Of a stretch of 64,000 bases of DNA, positions 56,730 to 64,000 are shown piece by piece. The translations under genes were made by a program, and so were the position numbers. This DNA is from Caecitellus pseudoparvulus. Taxonomy: Eukaryota > Protista > Bigyra: Bicosoecida. Below the pieces are notes generated by a model that worked only from the letters and a program-made list of their open reading frames with translations, ran no database searches and was not told the origin of the DNA. The stretch covers positions 372,001-436,000 of the forward strand of contig CBFFRQ010000062.1 of assembly GCA_965644315.1 (NCBI GenBank), in the 5' to 3' direction. The stretch's first letter is position 1. Every line of letters begins with the position of its first letter.

Positions 56730-57890
56730 TCACACTGCTGGGACTGTATCCTCAGGAGTGTTGTGGACCACGGCACGATTGCCCCAGCATCGTGCTGCGT
56801 GTGGCGGGGTAAACTCCAGGCCACACAGCGTGTCCCCGTCCGAAGTGATCTCAATCAACTTCACTGGGGGAAGGCGAACGCCCCGTCCAAACATCCGACT
56901 GTAGCCGCCCCTGCACTGCAGCTTGGACAGCTCCTGGGAAGGCGGGGCGGGGCAGCGTGAGGTGCGACTCAGCCGCCGCAGGTCGCTACGGCACTCACAT
57001 CCAGGGCGCAGAACCAGTCGGAGCCCACAGTCACCTGCGAGAATGCGCCAGGCCAGCGGAACACGGCGTCCCTCTTCACCCCCCCCACGAAGCCGCCCCA
57101 GCAGAGCACCGAGCCATCCTCCTCCACTGCGCACACCGCCCCGCTGTCTGACGCTGACACCTGCACGAATGACCCTTCGGGAGAGAAGGTGCTGCCGTGG
57201 TAGTCTCGGCCCCAGCAGTGGATGCGTCCGTCCTTGTCCAGGCCACAGCTGTGGTCGCGGCCGGCTGACACCTGCACCAAGGGCGCATCTGGCACAGGCT
57301 TGTCCACCATGCGAGAATGGCCTGCAGATGCAGGGATGGCGGCGCGTGGAACGCGTTGGGGGAAAGCAGGGCTACAGCAGACTGCACGTACCCCAGCACT
57401 CAGTCTTGCCTGTCTGGTGCAGTCCACAAGTGTGCGAGACCGAGGCTGTGACCTGCACGAAGTCTGCGCCTGGCAAGTGCTTCTCATGCGGCACTTCACC
57501 CCAGCAGATGATGTGCTGCTCCAGCGTCACGCCACAGGTATACGTGGCAGCCGCACTGATTTGCACGAACAGGTCCTGCAGAGCATGGCGGGGGAGTAGG
57601 TCCGTGCCCCTGCGTTTCACAGCCGCCGCTGACGCCGCCGTGAAACCCCGCCACGCGGCACGCACCAATGGAGGTTCAGCCTGACCGTGGTGGTTGTGCC
57701 CCCAACAGATGACTTCTCCGCCAATGTCAGTTTCCTCAACCGCCTCGATGAGGCAGGCGTGCTCCTTGCCCAGGGAAATGGTGGTGTCGTCCACGTCGTG
57801 GAAGAAGTCAATGGAGAGCAAGTCCTCCGTGGCGAGAGCACTGTTGAGCGCCACGAACCAGGACAGCCCCAGAAGCAAGCGAGGCATCAT
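56730..57890 (-). CDS. Secreted RCC1/BLIP-II-like (crinkly-repeat) beta-propeller protein; introns 57665-57576, 57391-57322, 56998-56934
   Basis: Signal peptide MMPRLLLGLSWFVALNSALA. About 7 repeats of FVQVSAGxxHxCGL..G.xxCWG. No TM or kinase domain. Confidence 0.88.
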
Positions 57891-58224
57891 GACCACCGAA
57901 CAGGGATGGGTTCCCTGCTCTTGGTGCTGCTCTGTGCGGCTGGGTGACGGGATGGTATGGCGCCGTAGCAGCACCCCCCAGCAAGGTCGGGCAGACGGGG
58001 CCTTCGACGAGGTAATAGCGTCACAAAGCGCACTGCAAGGGGATGCGGGGGTGTGCTTGGTCAACAAATAGACTGCCCCTCCTATTGTGGCAACGCCAAG
58101 CCACTGTCAGCGGCCCGAGCTGGCTTGCAGACACATATCCTGCACTTGTAGCAGGCCAAGCCAGTCACAATCGAAAGCCAAGGACAAACCTGAACGCACT
58201 GCAGGAATAGAGCGATCCCTCGCT

Positions 58225-58268
58225 TTGCATCCATGCATCCTTGCATCCTTGCATCCTTGCATCCTGCA
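58225..58268. repeat. Tandem 8-mer (TTGCATCC) x about 5.5
   Basis: ttgcatcc atgcatcc ttgcatcc ttgcatcc ttgcatcc tgca, read directly in the divergent intergenic region. Confidence 0.9.
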
Positions 58269-58372
58269 CTCCTCGTCACCGCCCTCCTCACGTCAGGCAA
58301 GGCTGCCACCTCTCTGCGCGGAGTTTCCCTGTCGTTTCACTGGCCAGACGCTGCCCGACGCCGCACATCACG

Positions 58373-59905
58373 ATGCTGCGGCTGTCCCCCGAGACAGGGC
58401 GCATCCTGGCCCTGCTGGGCTTCGTGGCTGCCGCTGCCATCGCTTCCCAGGCCTTGCAGTTGTTCGTGCCCCCCGTCCCCCTCTCCTTCACGGAGCGAGA
58501 CCCGGCGCTGTCTTTCCCCAAACACGCCAGCACCGTGCCAACCTGGGCAGCAGTGCTCATCGCATGGGTGGCCCCAGTGGGCGTGATCCTGGCCATTACC
58601 TTGGGGGTGCACCCTCCCTCTGCAGAAGCGGCCCTCCACGGCGTGTCCACCAACAGCGCCACCCCAGACGCGTCCTGGGGCCCCTTGAAGCGGCTGCTGC
58701 CTCGACGTGAGGCTGTCGTGATGTGGGCATCACTGGGCCGCGGAGCGGCCTGGGCCGTCGCAGGGGGCTTCTGCATGGCTGTCTGTGGCACGGTGGCCGT
58801 CACCAACGTGTTGAAGAACATCAACTCCAAGCCCCGCCCGTCCTTCTTCGCGCTGTGCGACTACCAAGGCTTCGCAGAAGCACAGGCGAGCGGAAATTGG
58901 ACCGAGTACGACAGCCTCACGCACAACGGCCGGTACGGCGACATCTCGCACTGCCGCGCAGAGAAAGCAGAGATCAATGATGCTCAGGCATCCTTTCCTT
59001 CTGGCCACTCCTCTCTCTCCTTTGTCGGCCTCACCCTCCTCTCGCTATGGCTGGCTGCAGTGGCTTCCCTCATGACCGGCACAGAGGGCTGGCCTTGGGT
59101 GCTGTCGCACGGCATGCTGCGGCCCTGGTGGGGCAGCGCCACGTCAGGGCACAACGTCGGCGAGCTTGCGCCGCGCATGGGGAACATGTCCACTGCCTAC
59201 GATGTCGAGGCGGCCGCTGCCGAGGCGGAGGAGGCGGAGGTGGCTGCTGCGACTGGCTTGCACTCGCCTGATGCGGCGGTGATGCCGCCGGGCCCACAGC
59301 CCGCTGCCGAGCCCCCCGCCGCGGCCACCGGCGTCACATCCGGCGCCACCGCACCTCGCCCCGTCGACATGGCTGGCACAAACACGGTATCGTCCGATTT
59401 GTCACCACCAGAGGGCAGCCGTGTGCAGCCGCTGCTCATGGCTCGTGGCGTCAGCTCAGACACCCTGCCAGCCACACTGCACCTCGCGACGCACGAAGCG
59501 CCCATGCTGTCGCGCGCCGCACACACACGGCTGTGGGCTGCTGCCGCTGCTGCCACGGACATCTCCGCAGCTGCTGCCCACACGCGGGAGGGTTTTCACT
59601 GGTGCGCGGCCCTGTGGCAGCTGGTCGTGTCAGCGGTGGTGACGGCGCCGCTGTTCCTGGCGGCGTGGATCGCCTCCACACGTGTGCACGACAACAAGCA
59701 CCACGTGTACGACATCCTCGCGGGCGCTGTCATTGGATTTGTCATCGCTGTGCAGGCGTGGGGGTGGATTATCCACACGCCAGGCTTCGTGCATTGGGCG
59801 GTGGGCGTGCAGGCGGCACGTGCCGCGGCAGTGCGCGCATCAGGCGCAGGCCACACCGCCACCCCGCCCCCGGCAGAGGGCCCTTCAGGCGTGAAAGATG
59901 CATGA
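58373..59905 (+). CDS. PAP2-family lipid phosphate phosphatase
   Basis: C1 KNINSKPRP, C2 SFPSGHSS, C3 STRVHDNKHHVYDILAG. About six TM segments. Intronless. Confidence 0.93.
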   Translation: MLRLSPETGRILALLGFVAAAAIASQALQLFVPPVPLSFTERDPALSFPKHASTVPTWAAVLIAWVAPVGVILAITLGVHPPSAEAALHGVSTNSATPDASWGPLKRLLPRREAVVMWASLGRGAAWAVAGGFCMAVCGTVAVTNVLKNINSKPRPSFFALCDYQGFAEAQASGNWTEYDSLTHNGRYGDISHCRAEKAEINDAQASFPSGHSSLSFVGLTLLSLWLAAVASLMTGTEGWPWVLSHGMLRPWWGSATSGHNVGELAPRMGNMSTAYDVEAAAAEAEEAEVAAATGLHSPDAAVMPPGPQPAAEPPAAATGVTSGATAPRPVDMAGTNTVSSDLSPPEGSRVQPLLMARGVSSDTLPATLHLATHEAPMLSRAAHTRLWAAAAAATDISAAAAHTREGFHWCAALWQLVVSAVVTAPLFLAAWIASTRVHDNKHHVYDILAGAVIGFVIAVQAWGWIIHTPGFVHWAVGVQAARAAAVRASGAGHTATPPPAEGPSGVKDA

Positions 59906-59911
59906 GGGGCG

Positions 59912-61111
59912 CTACAGCGTATCACGGAACACGATGGCATCGCTGAATGCAACTGGCTCGTCGCAGGCGCCGAGGGAGTCGATGCCGCCCCGCGCCCACG
60001 TCGTCATGGAGCTGTGGCGCTGCACAGCGGCTCCATCCACGACATGCAGTGGGGAGTCTGTGCCAGCGATACCGGACACCACTCCCGCGCCGCTGGCAGG
60101 TGCCGGCTGTGTGCCTGGCAACACACCTGCCGCGGCGTACAGCGTCGCCACGTACTGCACGGCGGGGTTGCTTTCCTTGCCAAGGGCGAGGCTGGCCAGG
60201 GCAGAAGCAGTGCGCAGGGCGGGCGGCACGTCGCGCACGCCGACAGCGACGGTCGCACGTGTGTGCCGTTCCACATCCTGCCAACCGCCATCCTCTGGAG
60301 GCGGCTGCGTCCACGCCTCTGCCGAGTCACTGGAGTCACCGAAGGAGGTTGGGCGGGGCTTCCATCCAGGCATGGAGGGCGAGGAGGGGGGCGCCCCTGG
60401 CGCCTGGCTCTCCCGTCCCCCGAACAGCCACCCAACCACATCTGCAGTGGTGCCTTGGCTGGTTTGGGACGTGAACGCCACGGTGCGCTTCAGGGCCGAC
60501 TCCGCTGGGCCGGAGAGCGGCCGGGCCAGAGGACGCACGACCACCTCCCGGGCGCGGCTGCACTTGATGCGTTCGTCGAAGGGGCGCACCTTGACACCGC
60601 CGAAGGTCCACTCGGCCAGCATGGGGAAGCCTTGCCACATGACCACCACGCCGGCGTGGTCGAACGGCAGGCCAGTCACAGCCTTGTTCCCTGCACACAC
60701 TCCAGCGCCACAGGGCTGTGGAGGGCGGTGGGGGGCGGCAGTGTGCGGGGGGGGGGGAGCAGCAGCGGCCACAGCCTTGCGCCGCCGCCTCACGTAATAC
60801 AAGCTGCAGTCCCGGGAAAACAGCACGAGGTCTCCAGACTTCAGAGCTTCAGACATGACGTCATCTGCAGCAAACAAGCAAGTGGGTCAGGGGGCTGGGC
60901 ATGGCAGGCGCCTGCAGCTGCTGCCGCGGCATCGTGCGCCTCGCAAGTGAGCCAGGCGTGCAAGTGATTTCCGCAGCTCACCAGCTGAGCCAGGTGTGAA
61001 CTGCCTGCGCATGCCCTGGGGGATCTTAGCCCTCTCGCTGCGCACATGGTACATCCACGTGCCACAGGCGATGACAGACCCTGCTGCCAGCATGCGCAGC
61101 TGCACTGCCAT
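59912..61111 (-). CDS. Permuted papain-like (NlpC/P60, YiiX/YebB-like) protein, probably inactive; introns 60981-60865, 60793-60716
   Basis: N-terminal hydrophobic anchor, LKSGDLVLF, FDHAGVVV, GVKVRPFDERI..VVVRPL, and late AVQYVATLYAAAGVLP where CSELVA..Y..AG.L is expected. Confidence 0.7.
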
Positions 61112-61249
61112 GGCTGAGCCGCCACTTCGGAGAAGGAGGGGCCCGACGCAGCTGGAGCTGGAGCGAGAGCTTCACTGGGTCATGTGCGTGGCAATGGCGC
61201 ACAAGCGCGCATCGTGGGGTGCATTGTATCAGAGTGGGGAATTTGCCCA

Positions 61250-63612
61250 TCACAGTGCCGCCGCTTCGCCCCCGGCGCCTTCAGTGGGCGCCACGCCCCG
61301 CTCCGCGTCAATGAGCGCCTGCAGCGTTTCAGCGGGCAGAGGCGGCGTCTTGACGTCTGCAGCAGACAGCAGCTTCTCCAGCTTTTCGATTTCCAGCTCG
61401 ATGCGGGTGGGCGGGTCGGGCGGCACTTCGCCCTTCTTCACCACCACAGTGGGGATCTGCGTGATCTTGCGCAGGTTGGGAGACAGCTTCAAGCTGTTCA
61501 CGCCGCCGGCAGAGTCACCCACCAGCAGGTACGGGTCAGAGGGACTGAACTCCACGTGCGTCAGCTTGGCCTTGCGCACGATCTTCTGCTCACACAGCTG
61601 CTCGTGCTTGTTCACGGACAGGTCGAAGACGAGAGCCTTGCCGTTGGCGGTAACGGCAGCGAAGACGGTGCCGGAGTACGGCGCCCAGGCGATGTCGCCC
61701 ACTGAGTTGGTGAGGTCAAAGGTCATGATGGGCGACGGCACATCGTGGTGCCACAGCTTCACCGTCCAGTCGGCAGAGGCGGACAGGAAGAGCTTGGGGT
61801 GGAAGGGGTTCCACCTGACTGTGTACACGGCCATGTGGTGCCCCTCGTACGTGGCCAGGTACTGCCCGCTGTACGCCTTGGAGCACTTGTGGATCTGGCC
61901 CTCCTCCGTGCCGACCAGGAACAAGTGTTCTTCGAAGGGCGAGAAGTCCATGCAGCAGCCCCCCGCCAGGCCGGTGAGAGAGGCCTCCTCCTCCCCCCCG
62001 CCGCCCTCCAGCGCCAGCACCGTGTCCCCAGCCAGCCCAGCCCCCGACGGGGCAGACCCCGGCGACGCCAGCTTCAGCCGCATGGCCACCTCCATCTTCA
62101 GCTCCGTCTTGCTCAGCACCCATGTCGCGACGCAGCCGTCGGAGGAGATGGAGTAGAAGTGCGCGTCGGAGCCCAGCCCGCCCGTCTGCCACCGCACCTC
62201 CCACACGGGGTCCGTGTGCTTGCCGGAGCGGACGTTGGACAGGAACAGGGGGGACGCCTCGGGGCGCCGGATATCGTACACGCGCACCGTGCCGTCGTAG
62301 CAGCCCACTGCCAGGAGGGCGGGCTTGGTGGGGTGGAAGTCCAGGCACATGACGCCGCTCTCGACGGGGATGACCTTCTCAGGCCACGAGACGTTCTTCA
62401 GGGACCACAGGTACACGAACCCCGCCCCCTGCTTCATGAAGTCGTAGCTGCCGTAGCCCACCGCGAACAGGTCGTTGTAGGCTGAGTTGACGGCGATGCT
62501 AGTGACGTGCTTCTTCCGTGTGCGCGTGTCGCGGCCGTCCTTGCCGTCTGGGAACCGCCACAGCGGCAATAGGGTGCCCAGCGACCCCCTGAACTTGTCA
62601 GACGCGTCGTGCCAGTAGCGGAAATCGGAGTAGATCTCGTCCTGTGCGTTCTGCGTCACCATGCGCTCCATGACCCGCAGCACCTGCGCACACTCCGCGC
62701 CCTGCACCAAGTCCTGCCCCACCAGGCGTGGCTTGGCGGCCGGCAACTTGGCCTGGGCTGCTGCCCGGCCAGCGCTCTCTTGCTCCTCCTCGTACACCAT
62801 CTGCTGGAACTTCACCATGTACGTGTCGTACAAGTCCCACTGGCTGAAGGAGCCCGCCAGGGAGCGCGTCTTCGGCGGCTGGGTGCTCACGCCACGAGAC
62901 ACCTGCGCAGAGGTGTACGTCTGGGCGGCCCGCTCGGAGTAATTGAACTGGTTGCGGCCGCCGCTGTCCTCCAGCTCCAGCAGCTCGTCCAGGGACTTGC
63001 CCTGCTCACGTGCCTGCCGCTCCAAGTCCCGCCGCCGAGCTTGGATGGCCTCACGGATGGTCTTGTTCGTGTGCATCTGACTGGCAGCTTCGTCTGACTC
63101 CTGCGCAAGGGCGTGGCGGCAGGGCAGCGACGAGTGTAGCGGGTTGCACGACCTCTCATTGGGCCGGCACGCTAGCTACCCACCGTGTGCAGCACGGAGC
63201 CCTGCATGGCAAAGTGAAAGACGACGTGCTCCTCACTGCCACTGGGGATCTTCTTGTAATGGTTGTCCCCAAAAGAGTAGGACACCGTGCTCGTCGCAGC
63301 ATTCGGGTCCTTCGCGTACAGCATGCTGCAAAAGCAGAGCAGCGGCAGTGCCGAGCAAGCTGTGCCGCACCGCGAAGCTGCCCCCCTGCAAGCCCGCCTG
63401 AGGCACGCACCGAGAGATGTCTTCGTCCAGCTCCGCCTCTGTCAGCTCCAGAGCATCGTCTGGCACTGTCACAGTTGGCTCCTGAGCACGGGCGGCGTTT
63501 CGGCAGCGTTGCGGGGCGGCAATGTACGGCGCCCCCGACGCTGCCCACGCACGGGAATGTACATCTCATCCTCCACTGAACGACGCGCACCACGACGCCC
63601 CATGCCTGCCAT
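61250..63612 (-). CDS. DNAI1: Axonemal outer-arm dynein intermediate chain 1 (IC78/ODA9), WD40; introns 63552-63482, 63410-63326, 63183-63101
   Basis: LELTEAELDEDISRML, RNQFNYSERAAQT, MERMVTQN, GTLLPLWRF, DLFAVGYGSYDF, KHTDPVWEVRW, FLVGTEEGQIHKCSKAYSGQYL, LKLSPNLRK. Confidence 0.95.
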
Positions 63613-64000
63613 GGCTTCCTTTCCAGTCGTGCCAGCTGCACGTTCCGGCCTGCCACTCGGCCTGCACGGTGAGGCTGGCAAGCACTGAAGCTGGCAGCAG
63701 CCTGGACTCCACGCACGCTGCACCAAGTCACCTGGGCAAAAATACAGCGGGCAGAGGAGCTGCTTGAGCGGGGTTTGGACAGAATACGATTTTTGTAGGC
63801 CGTCTGACTTGACCGCGGCCAGCAAGCAAGCAGCCGCAAGGCGTGCGGAAATCGGTCATGCAAACTCTCCCCCACATCTGCCATGGCCGATACCTCGCCA
63901 TGCACGCTCGAGGCCGCCGTGCAAGGGGGCCGTGATGCCACTATCCACGTGCAAGAATTGCCCCGGGGTTCGCTCCCTCGCTTGCTCCCGCACACGCCAC

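Noticed and set aside
1-64000. Hundreds of overlapping or antisense ORFs in the six-frame track (e.g. 30261-32075 +, 4429-5661 -, 42964-44190 +)
   Set aside because: Shadow ORFs expected from high GC and GC3 bias opposite real genes. They have no motifs of their own.
1-64000. Prokaryotic operons, CRISPR arrays or defence systems
   Set aside because: The genes are eukaryote-specific and intron-containing, and no repeat-spacer array was seen.
63613-64000. Additional gene or upstream DNAI1 exon at the window end
   Set aside because: No recognisable motif or phase-consistent splice could be established within the window.

Overview
GC-rich, gene-dense eukaryotic nuclear DNA, not prokaryotic. Genes carry short GT-AG spliceosomal introns (mostly about 65-130 nt; donors GTGCG/GTGAG/GTACG, C-rich tract ending in CAG). 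An outer-arm dynein intermediate chain, an IDI-squalene synthase fusion and a TxH-type MAPK suggest a flagellated stramenopile-like protist (inference). About 20 conserved or plausible genes could be spliced by hand: proteasome alpha3, VPS11, condensin CAP-H, a GRIP-domain golgin, IDI-SQS, an Sds3-like protein, CYFIP, COA3, LPAAT, D-lactate dehydrogenase, an F-box/cyclin, VPS35L, an FMO, a sulfotransferase-like protein, MAPK, a SIVA-like protein, an RCC1-like propeller, PAP2, a permuted papain-like protein and DNAI1. An accessory-looking block at about 10.6-20.7 kb holds four orphan disordered ORFs and a frameshifted degenerate P-loop NTPase that may be fused to a nuclease-like domain. The strongest unexplained signal is the motif (C)AATGCA, found in sense orientation just downstream of the stop codon of about 15 genes. 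It is a candidate non-canonical polyadenylation signal. Other notable points are a VPS11 lacking its RING finger, an F-box cyclin whose two cyclin folds are split by about 860 aa, and convergent gene pairs whose 3' ends must overlap. All family assignments come from motif recognition by eye; no database search was run.
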